Below, one piece after another: positions 10,422 to 20,106 of a stretch of DNA of 64,000 bases (positions within the stretch are counted from its first letter, which is position 1; each line of letters starts with the position of its first letter). This DNA comes from an uncultured Candidatus Saccharibacteria bacterium (GTDB taxonomy: Bacteria; Patescibacteriota; Minisyncoccia; Phycocordibacterales; UBA9973). The stretch spans positions 1,730 to 65,729 of the forward strand of contig CAZUZL010000003.1 in NCBI GenBank assembly GCA_964625065.1. The letters are read 5' to 3'. Below the pieces are notes generated by a model. The model was not told the DNA's origin. It made no database searches and worked only from the letters and a program-made list of their open reading frames with translations. Made by a program: the position numbers and the translations under genes.

Positions 10422-10634
10422 TTACAGTTTAAAAAGTTTTGCCAGTAATGTGGTCCATGTTTTATTTAAATATGTAACAATCAAATATGCTGGTATAAAA
10501 AGCATTGCCAATGCTGCAAATAGCACCAGTTCTACCACCTTGGCAATAATGGTAAATATAACATTGGCAACACCACCAAGTTTTTCAGTGCCTGTTGTCA
10601 TAGCTGCGTCAAATATTTCTATAGCTTTTTCCAT
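10422..10634 (-). CDS. Small membrane protein
   Basis: 70-aa ORF with hydrophobic segment filling the intergenic gap. Confidence 0.55.
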   Translation of the reverse strand: MEKAIEIFDAAMTTGTEKLGGVANVIFTIIAKVVELVLFAALAMLFIPAYLIVTYLNKTWTTLLAKLFKL

Positions 10635-10705
10635 ATATACATAATACATATTATGGCAAAATATGCTATACTACATAGACTATTAGTAATAAATATAAAA
10701 ATACT

Positions 10706-11290
10706 ATGAATAATGACAACAAAACAATATTTTGGATTTTAGGTGTTATGGTTCTAACTGTTTTGGTGGTTATAGGTATAGTCCGCTACAGTGGTACTAA
10801 AAACAACACCGACCAAAACATAAACGAAACTCCAAATACTACAACCATGAACCCCCCAGCAGGCAGTAACCCTGCCGAAGGCAATGTAAACCCAACAGTA
10901 AACCCAACTAATAATAATCAAACTAAAAAAAATATGGACTACCCAACTAAAGTAAACGAAACAGTAACACGCGCAGACGGGCTTAAAATAACAATGTTAG
11001 CAGAAGGTACAGGTACTGCCGTTAGTAAAGCAGGCGACAGTATTGTAGTTGCATACAAAGGCATGTTAGTAGACGGTACAGTGTTCGACCAAGGTACATT
11101 ACCACCTATGACAGTAGGTGCACCTGGGTTAATAGTAGGTTTCGACCGTGGTATGGCAGGTATGAAAGTCGGCGAAACACGAAGTGTATTTATTCCTAGT
11201 GCCCTAGGTTATGGTACACATGGTGCAGGTGCTTTGATAAAACCAAACACCGACCTTGTTTTTGAAATAACTTTGAAAGAAATTAAATAA
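10706..11290 (+). CDS. FKBP-type peptidyl-prolyl isomerase, membrane anchored
   Basis: YKGMLVDGTVFD, GMKVGETR, LGYG, IKPNTDLVFEI. Confidence 0.92.
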   Translation: MNNDNKTIFWILGVMVLTVLVVIGIVRYSGTKNNTDQNINETPNTTTMNPPAGSNPAEGNVNPTVNPTNNNQTKKNMDYPTKVNETVTRADGLKITMLAEGTGTAVSKAGDSIVVAYKGMLVDGTVFDQGTLPPMTVGAPGLIVGFDRGMAGMKVGETRSVFIPSALGYGTHGAGALIKPNTDLVFEITLKEIK

Positions 11291-11309
11291 TTAATTATAA
11301 ATTATACAT

Positions 11310-12854
11310 ATGTCATTTACTGAAAAAATAAAATTGTTCTGGTCTAAGAAAAGAAACAAATGGTTTGTTGTTCTTGGTATTGTATTATGTATAGTTTTGT
11401 ATTTAATATTTAAACCAAAACCTATTGTAGAAACTTTGGCTACAGCTGAAGTTAAAGACTTGCAACAAACAGTACTGGCAACAGGACAGGTAACCAGTAG
11501 TACAGACCTAGCTATGTCTTTTATAGCTAGTGGTGTTATACACGACATACCAGTTGCTATAGGCCAGAAAGTTAAAAAGGGTGCTGTGTTGGCACGCCTA
11601 GAACAAGGTAACGAAGCCGCTGCAGTTACATCTGCATTAGGCCAACTACGTGTAGCCCAGGCTAACTACCAGAAACTATTAGAGGGTGCAACAGATGCAG
11701 AAATGGCTGTTGTTAAAACAGCACTAGACAATGCCAAAGCAGACTTGGCCCGCACAATACTACAGCAGGCTACCATAGTGTCTAATGCAAAACGCGCATA
11801 CTTAAGCAGTGGTCTAGTTGCAGAACTAGCACCAGGCATAATTTCTACCATGACAGCACCAACTATTTCTGGGGCATACACTAGCGACGAAGAAGGTGTA
11901 TATACAATCAATGTTTATGCAACAGGTTCAGGCAACTATTTTTCTGCTTCAGGTTTAGAAACAGGTTCAGGTACGGCTTCTGCTACGTCTTCTGTACCAC
12001 TAGGGTCTAGGGGGTTGTTTATACAATTTCCAGCCACAACTGTTTCAGGTGTACAGTGGACAGTTAGTGTGCCTAACAAACAGTCTGCTACATTTGTTGC
12101 TAACTACAATGCATATCTAGCCGCTGTTTCTGCACAGGACGCAGCCATAGCAACTGCAAAAGCGTTAGTTGCGTCACGTCAGGCAGACTACGACTTGAAG
12201 GTTTCTAAAGCCCGCACAACAGACATGGCTGTGGCTGAAGCAAACATACTAACAGCACAAGGTAACTACCAAAACGCAGTTGCAACATTAGAAAAACGTA
12301 TACTACGTGCACCAGCAGACGGTACTATAACTAAAATAGATGCACACGTTGGCGACTTGGCCCAAGCATTAAAAAGTGTAATGACACTACAAGACGTAGA
12401 CCACTTATATGTAGAAGCAAACATTAACGAAGCAAACATAAGCGACGTTGTTGTGGGTCAACCGGTAACAATATTCTTCGATGCTACTGGCCCAGAAATG
12501 TCTTACAAGGGGTCTGTTACATCTATAGACATTTCGTCTACACTTGTCTCGGGTGTGGTTAACTACAAAGTTAAAGTTGCACTAGACGGTACAGTTGTTG
12601 TACGTCCAGGCATGACAGCAAGTATGACAATACTGGTTGCAGAAAAAAAAGGTGTAGTAGCTATACCAGCTAGATTTATACGCGAACTAGACGGCAAAAA
12701 ATACGTTGTTGTATTAACAAATGCATCTAAACACACAACAGAAAACCGCGACGTAACACTAGGTTTAAATGCTGACGGTGGGTTAGTAGAAGTTTTAAGT
12801 GGGGTACAGTCAGGCGACCAGATAGTGGGCGAAGTTAAAACAGCAGTAAAATAA
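11310..12854 (+). CDS. Efflux periplasmic adaptor (MacA/HlyD-like)
   Basis: N-terminal TM, lipoyl halves, LRAPADG, RPGMTA. Confidence 0.88.
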   Translation: MSFTEKIKLFWSKKRNKWFVVLGIVLCIVLYLIFKPKPIVETLATAEVKDLQQTVLATGQVTSSTDLAMSFIASGVIHDIPVAIGQKVKKGAVLARLEQGNEAAAVTSALGQLRVAQANYQKLLEGATDAEMAVVKTALDNAKADLARTILQQATIVSNAKRAYLSSGLVAELAPGIISTMTAPTISGAYTSDEEGVYTINVYATGSGNYFSASGLETGSGTASATSSVPLGSRGLFIQFPATTVSGVQWTVSVPNKQSATFVANYNAYLAAVSAQDAAIATAKALVASRQADYDLKVSKARTTDMAVAEANILTAQGNYQNAVATLEKRILRAPADGTITKIDAHVGDLAQALKSVMTLQDVDHLYVEANINEANISDVVVGQPVTIFFDATGPEMSYKGSVTSIDISSTLVSGVVNYKVKVALDGTVVVRPGMTASMTILVAEKKGVVAIPARFIRELDGKKYVVVLTNASKHTTENRDVTLGLNADGGLVEVLSGVQSGDQIVGEVKTAVK

Positions 12855-12857
12855 AAA

Positions 12858-13574
12858 ATGAATCTAATACAACTTACTGATATTAAAAAAGTGTACCATA
12901 ACGAAGGTATAGACACTCCGGTGCTTTTTGATATTAATATTGGTGTTGATGAAGGCGAATTTATTGCTATTATGGGCCCGTCTGGTTCTGGCAAATCTAC
13001 ACTAATGCACATACTGGGTTTTCTAGATCGTTCTACAGATGGCAAATATTTATTCGACGGCATAGACACAACTACATTTACAGACAACGAACTTGCGGCT
13101 ATACGCAACCGACGTATAGGGTTTGTGTTTCAGTCTTTTAATTTACTGCCACGCACAACAGTATTAGAAAACGTTGCATTGCCATTGTTATACGACGACA
13201 GTGTTAAAGATTCTACAACACCAGCTGAAAAAGCTTTGATAGCAGTTGGTCTACAGCACCGTATGGGTTATATGTCCAACCAAATTTCTGGTGGGCAAAA
13301 ACAACGTGTAGCTATAGCTCGTGCATTGGTTAACAACCCGGCTGTAATATTTGCTGACGAACCAACAGGTAACCTAGATTCTAAAAGCGGGGCAACTGTA
13401 ATGCATATTTTGCAAAACTTAAACGATGCCGGTAAAACTATTATTTTAGTTACACATGACCGCGTTGTTGCAGAACATGCAAAACGCATTATATTTGTAC
13501 GCGACGGTCGAATCGAATCCGACGAAATTGTGGCCACACAACGTCGTGCACAAAACATAGTAACCGAAGACTAA
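12858..13574 (+). CDS. ABC transporter ATP-binding protein (MacB/LolD-like)
   Basis: [32 protein letters not shown]. Confidence 0.95.
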   Translation: MNLIQLTDIKKVYHNEGIDTPVLFDINIGVDEGEFIAIMGPSGSGKSTLMHILGFLDRSTDGKYLFDGIDTTTFTDNELAAIRNRRIGFVFQSFNLLPRTTVLENVALPLLYDDSVKDSTTPAEKALIAVGLQHRMGYMSNQISGGQKQRVAIARALVNNPAVIFADEPTGNLDSKSGATVMHILQNLNDAGKTIILVTHDRVVAEHAKRIIFVRDGRIESDEIVATQRRAQNIVTED

Positions 13575-13575
13575 C

Positions 13576-14847
13576 ATGCATAATTTGCGTGCTAATATTA
13601 TACAAACATTAAAAGGTTTTCGTGCTAGAAAAAGCCGAACTTTTTTAACCATGCTTGGTATTATTATTGGTGTTGCTGGTGTTATTATTATCGTTTCATT
13701 AGGGGCTGGTGCACAGCAGTTAATAGTGGGGCAGGTTAGTAAATTTGGTTCAAACATTGTTGCCGTGTCGCCCGGAAAAAGTAACGAAAACGGCCCACCT
13801 GCATCTGTGTTAGGTGTACGTATTACCACACTAACCATGCACGACGTGCAGGCATTAAAAGACACTGGTTCTGTACCGCATGCTACATATTTTGCACCAC
13901 TTGTTCGTGGTAGTGCAACTGTAATTGCTGGACGCGAAAGTGTAGACACACAGTTTTCAGCAACAAGTGGCGAATACCCTTTGGTGCAAAACATACCTAT
14001 TTCAGAAGGCAGGTTTTTTTCTATAGACGAAGGCGCTACTGGTGCGCAGGTTGTGGTACTAGGTTCTGATGTTCGCACCACTCTTTTTGGTACAGGCGAA
14101 GCACTTGGTAAAATTATAAAAGTTACTCGTACAGATGGTATAGAAACAACCAGCGTATTGTTACATGTTATAGGTGTTGCTGCGCCACAAGGTACAGTGT
14201 TTTTCCAAAACCAAGACGACCAAATATATATGCCCATACTAGTTGGGCAACGTCAGTTGTTAGGTATTAGTTACTTAGAATATTTACGGGTAAAAGTAGA
14301 TGACGTGGCATATATAGACCAAACCATATCTGACATGGAAAGTGTTTTGCGTCGCGAACATAACATACGTAATGCACCAGAGGGCGACGATTTTTCTGTG
14401 CGTAGTACAGCTGAACTTATAAAAGTACTAAGTGGTATTACAGACGGCCTACGCATGTTCCTGGGTGTTATGGCTTCTGTTGCGTTGGTTGTGGGCGGTA
14501 TAGGTATAATGAACATTATGTTAGTTACAGTTACAGAACGCACTCGTGAAATAGGTTTACGTAAAGCCATAGGTGCAACGGGTGAACGCATTCGTAACCA
14601 GTTTTTATTAGAAGCAATATTACTTACAGTAACAGGTGGTATTATAGGTATAGTGTTCGGTGTAATTGTTTCTTTTCTTATTACCATTGGTGTTCGTTAT
14701 GCGGGGTATGACTGGGCGTTTATTATTTCGCCAACAGCTGTTAGTTTAGCACTGTTTGTTTCAGTTGCTACAGGTGTTGTGTTTGGTCTGTACCCGGCAG
14801 TAAAAGCGTCGAAACTTAACCCTATAGATGCACTTCGCAAAGAATAA
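13576..14847 (+). CDS. ABC permease (MacB/FtsX-like)
   Basis: LTMLGIIIG, GGIGIMNIMLVTVTERTREIGLRKAIGA. Confidence 0.93.
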   Translation: MHNLRANIIQTLKGFRARKSRTFLTMLGIIIGVAGVIIIVSLGAGAQQLIVGQVSKFGSNIVAVSPGKSNENGPPASVLGVRITTLTMHDVQALKDTGSVPHATYFAPLVRGSATVIAGRESVDTQFSATSGEYPLVQNIPISEGRFFSIDEGATGAQVVVLGSDVRTTLFGTGEALGKIIKVTRTDGIETTSVLLHVIGVAAPQGTVFFQNQDDQIYMPILVGQRQLLGISYLEYLRVKVDDVAYIDQTISDMESVLRREHNIRNAPEGDDFSVRSTAELIKVLSGITDGLRMFLGVMASVALVVGGIGIMNIMLVTVTERTREIGLRKAIGATGERIRNQFLLEAILLTVTGGIIGIVFGVIVSFLITIGVRYAGYDWAFIISPTAVSLALFVSVATGVVFGLYPAVKASKLNPIDALRKE

Positions 14848-14851
14848 TTTT

Positions 14852-16099
14852 ATGCATACATTTAACCAAGCAATTCGCGGACTTACCGCATCGAAATCTA
14901 GAACAGCATTAACTATGTTGGGTATTGTTATTGGTATTTCTGTTGTTGTTTTAGTTGTTTCAGCAGGGGAAGGTTTCAAGTCTTATATAAACACCCAAGT
15001 TGCGCAAATTGGTACAAACACAGTAACTATACAAACCCAAGTTCCACCAGACACAAAACGCCGTGCCAACGGTGGTGGCGGTGCAGACCAGGCCAACCAG
15101 GGTGTAGCTATAACAACATTAAAGAAAAAAGACATAACTGATATTTCTAGAATATCAAATGTATCTGGTGCTTATGGAATATCTACTGGGCAGGTAACTG
15201 TTTCGTACGACAACATCATTAAAAGTGCATATGTAATGGGTGCCGATGCTGAACGTTTTGATATAGACAAAGGTGTAATAGCACATGGTCGTGGTTATAC
15301 AAAAGACGAAGACCGTTCGTTAGCTCAAGTAGCTGTATTGGGTAGTAGTTTGGCAGACAATTTGTTTGGACTGCAGGACCCATTAGGTAAAACCATTCGC
15401 GTAGGCGACTACGCTTTTTCAGTGGTTGGTGTGTATGCACCCAAAGGTGGTTTGGGTGGTGTCAGCGAAGACGACGAAATTTTTATACCAGCTTCAACAT
15501 TACAGAAAAAAATACTTGGCATAGATTATTATTTTTATTTAATTGCTTCACTAACTGACAATACAATAGCAGACACTACTTCGGCAGACATCGCCGATGT
15601 GTTACGCAGTAACCACAATATTTCTGACCCAGCCAAAGACGACTTCAAAGTGCAAACCCAGGCGCAGAATGTTAGTACTTTTGCAACTATACTTTCTGCA
15701 GCACAGATTTTACTACTAGCTATTGCGGCAATATCGTTACTAGTAGGTGGTGTAGGTGTTATGAATATTATGTATGTTGTGGTTACCGAACGCACAGCAG
15801 AAATAGGTTTAAAGAAGGCGCTCGGTGCAACCAATACAAACATACTGTTAGAATTTTTAATTGAATCAGTTTTACTAACTGTAGTCGGTGGTATTATCGG
15901 CGTTTTATTCGGCGCGCTACTGGCATATGGTGTGGCGCGTGGGGCACAGGCATTTGGTTTTGCATGGGCGTATATTGTACCGGTGCGTGGTGTTGTTGTT
16001 GCTATGGCTGTGTCGTGTGCTATTGGTATAGGTTTCGGAGTGTTTCCAGCTAGAAACGCAGCTAAACTTAGCCCTATCGAAGCGTTACGTTACGAATAA
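14852..16099 (+). CDS. ABC permease (MacB/FtsX-like), tandem paralogue
   Basis: LTMLGIVIG, GGVGVMNIMYVVVTERTAEIGLKKALGA. Confidence 0.93.
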   Translation: MHTFNQAIRGLTASKSRTALTMLGIVIGISVVVLVVSAGEGFKSYINTQVAQIGTNTVTIQTQVPPDTKRRANGGGGADQANQGVAITTLKKKDITDISRISNVSGAYGISTGQVTVSYDNIIKSAYVMGADAERFDIDKGVIAHGRGYTKDEDRSLAQVAVLGSSLADNLFGLQDPLGKTIRVGDYAFSVVGVYAPKGGLGGVSEDDEIFIPASTLQKKILGIDYYFYLIASLTDNTIADTTSADIADVLRSNHNISDPAKDDFKVQTQAQNVSTFATILSAAQILLLAIAAISLLVGGVGVMNIMYVVVTERTAEIGLKKALGATNTNILLEFLIESVLLTVVGGIIGVLFGALLAYGVARGAQAFGFAWAYIVPVRGVVVAMAVSCAIGIGFGVFPARNAAKLSPIEALRYE

Positions 16100-16164
16100 T
16101 TACCTACACCTATGTTGTGCTATAATGGATACATATTAGATTAACAACCCTATTTGGGAAAAAT

Positions 16165-16974
16165 ATGATACCAGAACAACAAAAACAGAACATATTGAAA
16201 GCCGGTTTTATACTAGCCGGTATAGTAGCAGTATTTTTAATTACACTTATTTTTACAGAAGTTAAAAAGTTTAACCTATTAGGTAGCGACACACCAGCTG
16301 TAAACGTTATTAGTTTTACAGGTAAAGGCGAAGTTACTGCCAGTCCAGACGTAGCAGTATTAACAGCAAGTATAAACGGCGAGGGTATAACACGTGCAGA
16401 TGCTGTTACAAAACAAGCTGCATTAAAACAAAAAGTTACCGAAGTACTAGCCCCTTTTAAAATTGCAGACAAAGACATTAAAACAGACTACATTAGTACA
16501 AACCCAAAATACGAATACAAACAGCCTACAATATACTGTATAACTACACCTTGTCCACAACCAACAGGTAAAAATGTTATTGTTGGTTATACAACAAACG
16601 AACAACTTGTTATAAAGGTACGCAATGTAGACGATGCAGGTGCAGTATACGACGCATTAAGTAAAGTTGGTTCAGTAGATGTGTCTGGTCCAAATCTACA
16701 AATAGACAACGACGAAGCACTAAAAGCAGAAGCTAGAAAAATTGCAATTGCAGATGCAAAAGCAAAAGCAGAAACATTAGCAAAAGATTTGGGTGTAAAA
16801 TTGGTACGCATAGTTAGTTTCAACGAAGACGGTTACGCAAACCCAATGTACAGTGAATCTGGTGGTAATATGTACGACACTAAGGCCATGGTAGCAGCAG
16901 CACCTACAACAAACATTTCAGTAGGGGAAAACAAGATTACTTCAAACGTAACAATTTCTTACGAAATTCGGTAG
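16165..16974 (+). CDS. SIMPL (DUF541) domain protein
   Basis: TGKGEVTASPDVA, AIADAKAKAETLAKDLGVKL, GENKITSNV. Confidence 0.88.
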   Translation: MIPEQQKQNILKAGFILAGIVAVFLITLIFTEVKKFNLLGSDTPAVNVISFTGKGEVTASPDVAVLTASINGEGITRADAVTKQAALKQKVTEVLAPFKIADKDIKTDYISTNPKYEYKQPTIYCITTPCPQPTGKNVIVGYTTNEQLVIKVRNVDDAGAVYDALSKVGSVDVSGPNLQIDNDEALKAEARKIAIADAKAKAETLAKDLGVKLVRIVSFNEDGYANPMYSESGGNMYDTKAMVAAAPTTNISVGENKITSNVTISYEIR

Positions 16975-16976
16975 TT

Positions 16977-17022
16977 AATCTCCTCCTTGTGGAGGAGGAG
17001 TCCCCGCAGGGGGAGGTGGTGA
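16977..17022. repeat. GC-rich palindromic repeat, family A
   Basis: CTCCTCCTTGTGGAGGAGGAGTCCCCGCAGGGGGAGGTGG; near-copy at 50349. Confidence 0.75.
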
Positions 17023-17076
17023 TTTTAATACAAAATACCCTTATATAAAAAGGGTATTTTGTATATATCGAAGCCA

Positions 17077-17105
17077 TTGACAAAATACATGAAAAAGTAT
17101 ATAAT
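17077..17105 (+). promoter_or_regulatory. Consensus sigma70 promoter of the DGR target gene
   Basis: TTGACA-17 nt-TATAAT. Confidence 0.85.
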
Positions 17106-17151
17106 ACAGGTATAAATAAACTAGTTTTTTAATTTTTAAACCCCACATATA

Positions 17152-17781
17152 ATGATAGAAAATAACGAATTAGCGGCCATACTTGAGTCGCACGTAAACG
17201 GTAACATTAGTGCCGAAGCCAAAACCATCTTACAGGACGCGATATACCGCATCAAAAACATCGGAAAATATATTTCAAATGTTTTTAAAAAGGGTATCAC
17301 CCTTACTGTACAGGCCACTGAAACATTTACTGTTTCTGAAAAATCTTTGGAAGGTTTGTGGAAAAACATCATTGCCAGAGAAAAAGATAAGAAAAACCCC
17401 GAACCCTGGTTCGACGACGACATCCTGGGCTGGTTCGATGGCAAGACTATGCCGTCAATTACTGCCGAGTCTTCCTCGACTATCCAACGCTTTACCCAGA
17501 CTTTGACCCATGCACAAATTTTACAGGAAGCCGAAAATCTTTCTATCAAGAAAATTTATAGCTGGTTAGAAGCCATAAAGATCATCGAACAAGCGGTGTT
17601 GATGGGCGAAGTTGATGTTAAAGGTTTGGGTGTTATTGTGTACTTCAAAATAGATGGAGATGATACAGTGTACCGCTTCTACGCCGGTCGCAGCGGCGGT
17701 GGCCGGCTCAGCGTGAGCGTCAACGAGTACTTTCCGAGCTTTGAGTGGGATGCCGGTGATGGTGCTTCTTTTAGCAACTGA
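17152..17781 (+). CDS. DGR target protein with C-terminal variable region
   Basis: Last 36 codons match the TR except almost solely at TR adenines. Confidence 0.93.
   Translation: MIENNELAAILESHVNGNISAEAKTILQDAIYRIKNIGKYISNVFKKGITLTVQATETFTVSEKSLEGLWKNIIAREKDKKNPEPWFDDDILGWFDGKTMPSITAESSSTIQRFTQTLTHAQILQEAENLSIKKIYSWLEAIKIIEQAVLMGEVDVKGLGVIVYFKIDGDDTVYRFYAGRSGGGRLSVSVNEYFPSFEWDAGDGASFSN
17671..17778 (+). repeat. DGR variable repeat (VR)
   Basis: 108-nt ungapped match to 18114-18221; 18 mismatches, 17 at TR adenines. Confidence 0.96.
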
Positions 17782-17801
17782 AATATTGTTGCTTAGAAAA
17801 T

Positions 17802-17834
17802 AAGAGTCTTTGTACCTTTGGTACTTAGACTCTT
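17802..17834. promoter_or_regulatory. Hairpin downstream of VR (candidate DGR homing cruciform or terminator)
   Basis: AAGAGTCT-TT-GTACC-TTT-GGTAC-TT-AGACTCTT. Confidence 0.65.
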
Positions 17835-18113
17835 TTTAATTTTGTATTTTAAAATACATTAATATTTTGTATACTGATATAGTGATAAAGAAATGTCTGT
17901 GGTTAAGGCTTTAGACTTTTGTCATAAAAATATATATGGCAGAATATTGATGGTTACGGCCATTAGTAGTGTCTATGTATGTCTTTTATAATAAAAAATA
18001 ATTATTGTTGGTGGGTATGCCTGGTGGACTTTTATGTCCAGAATAATATACAGCACAGCTTTTATATATAAAAATATTCAGGTTGGCAGTGGTATAGATG
18101 GGTATGCCCACAA

Positions 18114-18221
18114 AACCGCTTCAACGCCTATCGCAACGACGATGGCCAGCTCAACGTGAACGTCAACAAGTACAATCCGAGCAATGAGTGGAATGCCGGT
18201 AATGGTGCTTCTTTTAGAAAC
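18114..18221 (+). ncRNA. DGR template repeat (TR)
   Basis: Non-coding copy of VR with 11 AAC/AAT triplets in the VR frame. Confidence 0.95.
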
Positions 18222-18239
18222 AATGTTTTTCTTCCTCTA

Positions 18240-18631
18240 TTATTTATATGAGGGAGTTTTTTGTTCTAAAATTTTCTTTTCTATGCCTTTTTTCCAACCA
18301 CCTAACATACGACCTATTTCTTGTAGTTGTGTAGATATTTCAATATATTTTTTCTCTGGTATACATTTGTTTTCAAATGCTAGTTGCAAGAAAAATTTTA
18401 ATGCATCTAGTTTGCTTATAGCATGTTCCAGTCGTATAACTTTACGGTGTATATCTAAATACAATGCAAAAAATATATGTTCAAGTAAATTTAAAAAATA
18501 ATCTTCTATTTTAGAACCCAGTGTGTACCTGTGGGTACGCGGAAAATCGGTGTATAAAACAAACCACAGTTTATATATGCTTTGTGCCTTTTGCAACACT
18601 TGCGGTGTTGCGGGGGGGGGGTAATATTCAT
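18240..18631 (-). CDS. avd: Avd-like four-helix-bundle DGR accessory protein; probable ATG (18631) out of frame across a G10 tract
   Basis: FPRTHRYTLGSKI and EIGRMLGGW motifs; located between TR and RT. Confidence 0.85.
18612..18621. repeat. G10 homopolymer tract
   Basis: Ten consecutive G in an AT-rich context at the avd 5' end. Confidence 0.95.
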
Positions 18632-18647
18632 AGTACAGTAGTATAAC

Positions 18648-19649
18648 ATGAAAAAGTTTACCAAAACCTACAAACAAATAGTAAATATAGAAAACATATT
18701 TTCTGCGTGGAAAAGTTTTGTCAAAGATAAATCTAAAAAACCAGATGTAATAATGTTCGGCAGTAAAATGATGGACAATGTTTTTGACCTGTATACTGAT
18801 TTGGTAAATAAAAATTATATTCATTCTAAATATAGTCATTTTAAAATAAACGACCCAAAACCCCGCGACATACACAAAGCATCTGTCCGGGACAGGGTAC
18901 TGCACCACTTGTTATATAACGAATTATATCCGTTCTTTGACACTATTTTTATATACGATTCGTATTCGTGTCGTTTCGGAAAAGGTACACACAAAGGCAT
19001 ACAAAGGTTTCGTAGTTTTGTACTAAAAGTTAGTAAAAATAAAACCAAACAGTGCTTTGTATTAAAATGCGATATACGCAAATTCTTTGCAAACATAGAC
19101 CACGCTATATTAAAAAGTATTTTAGAAAAATATATAAATGATGTTGATATTCGGAATCTGTTGTGCAGTATAGTAGACAGTTTTAAAACTAACCAAACTC
19201 CACATAAAAAATCAAGCAGTGAAATAGGTTTACCTTTAGGTAACCTGACTTCACAACTACTGGTAAACATATACATGAACGAATTTGACCAGTTTATAAA
19301 GAGGGAGTTAAAAATACAGCATTACATACGTTACGCTGACGACTTTGTTATTGTTGCAGATACTAAACAGTATTTAGAAAATATATTACCAAAGTTAGAA
19401 AGCTTTCTTATGCAAAATCTAAAACTACAATTACACCCTGATAAGGTTTACATTAAAACTATTTATTCCGGGGTAGATTTCCTTGGGTGGGTAGAATTTG
19501 GTGGGCATAGAGTGTTACGAACTAGTACAAAACACAGAATGTTTAGAAAAATAAAAAATAGTAAAAACATCGAACAAACAAAGACTTCGTACATGGGTAT
19601 GCTGGCCTGGGGTAATGCGAAGAAAATCAGTAGTATTCTTGGTTTTTAA
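18648..19649 (+). CDS. DGR reverse transcriptase
   Basis: KPRDI, RDRVLHH, GLPLGNLTSQ, YIRYADD, VDFLG; adjacent TR/VR and avd. Confidence 0.96.
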   Translation: MKKFTKTYKQIVNIENIFSAWKSFVKDKSKKPDVIMFGSKMMDNVFDLYTDLVNKNYIHSKYSHFKINDPKPRDIHKASVRDRVLHHLLYNELYPFFDTIFIYDSYSCRFGKGTHKGIQRFRSFVLKVSKNKTKQCFVLKCDIRKFFANIDHAILKSILEKYINDVDIRNLLCSIVDSFKTNQTPHKKSSSEIGLPLGNLTSQLLVNIYMNEFDQFIKRELKIQHYIRYADDFVIVADTKQYLENILPKLESFLMQNLKLQLHPDKVYIKTIYSGVDFLGWVEFGGHRVLRTSTKHRMFRKIKNSKNIEQTKTSYMGMLAWGNAKKISSILGF

Positions 19650-19688
19650 AGTTGAGTTTGATAAAATAAAGATATAAATTTAATATAT

Positions 19689-20078
19689 ATGAAAGATTTT
19701 GATGTATGGAATAAAGAGAAAAAATACATAGAAAACAAGGTTGTTAATCGAGACCTTTTCTTCTATCCTCGTGAAATATGGTGGTGTTCCGCTGGACTTA
19801 ATATTGGAGTTGAATCAGATGGAAAGAATGAAAATTTCGAAAGACCAATGCTAATAATTAAAAAATTCAATGCCGATATGGTATGGGTGTTACCACTTAC
19901 TACAAAAGAAAAACAAAATAAATACCACTATAAATTAGAACATGAAACAATAAAGTCTTGGGTAATACTTTCTCAAATAAAAACAATAAGCACTAAAAGA
20001 CTATTGCGTAAAATTGGTTCTATTTCTGAATTTGATTTTAAGGAAGTTATTAAAAGAGTAAAAAATACATTATTATAA
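19689..20078 (+). CDS. PemK/MazF-like toxin
   Basis: REIWW..GLNIGVESDGK..F.RPMLI, PLTT, SQIKTISTKRL. Confidence 0.8.
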   Translation: MKDFDVWNKEKKYIENKVVNRDLFFYPREIWWCSAGLNIGVESDGKNENFERPMLIIKKFNADMVWVLPLTTKEKQNKYHYKLEHETIKSWVILSQIKTISTKRLLRKIGSISEFDFKEVIKRVKNTLL

Positions 20079-20082
20079 AATC

Positions 20083-20106
20083 GAAAGCCCCCTTACGGGG
20101 GCTTTC
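20083..20106. terminator. GC-rich hairpin terminator
   Basis: GAAAGCCCCC-TTAC-GGGGGCTTTC. Confidence 0.8.

Noticed and set aside
18184-18501. Plus-strand 105-aa ORF
   Set aside because: Shadow of avd and the TR end; no recognisable motifs
18632-18908. Long N-terminal extension of the avd ORF in the track (start 18908)
   Set aside because: It is antisense to the RT coding region and has no Avd-like character; an artefact of an open frame
18648-19649. RT as a group II intron or retron enzyme
   Set aside because: Short, no maturase or endonuclease domain, and accompanied by TR/VR and avd
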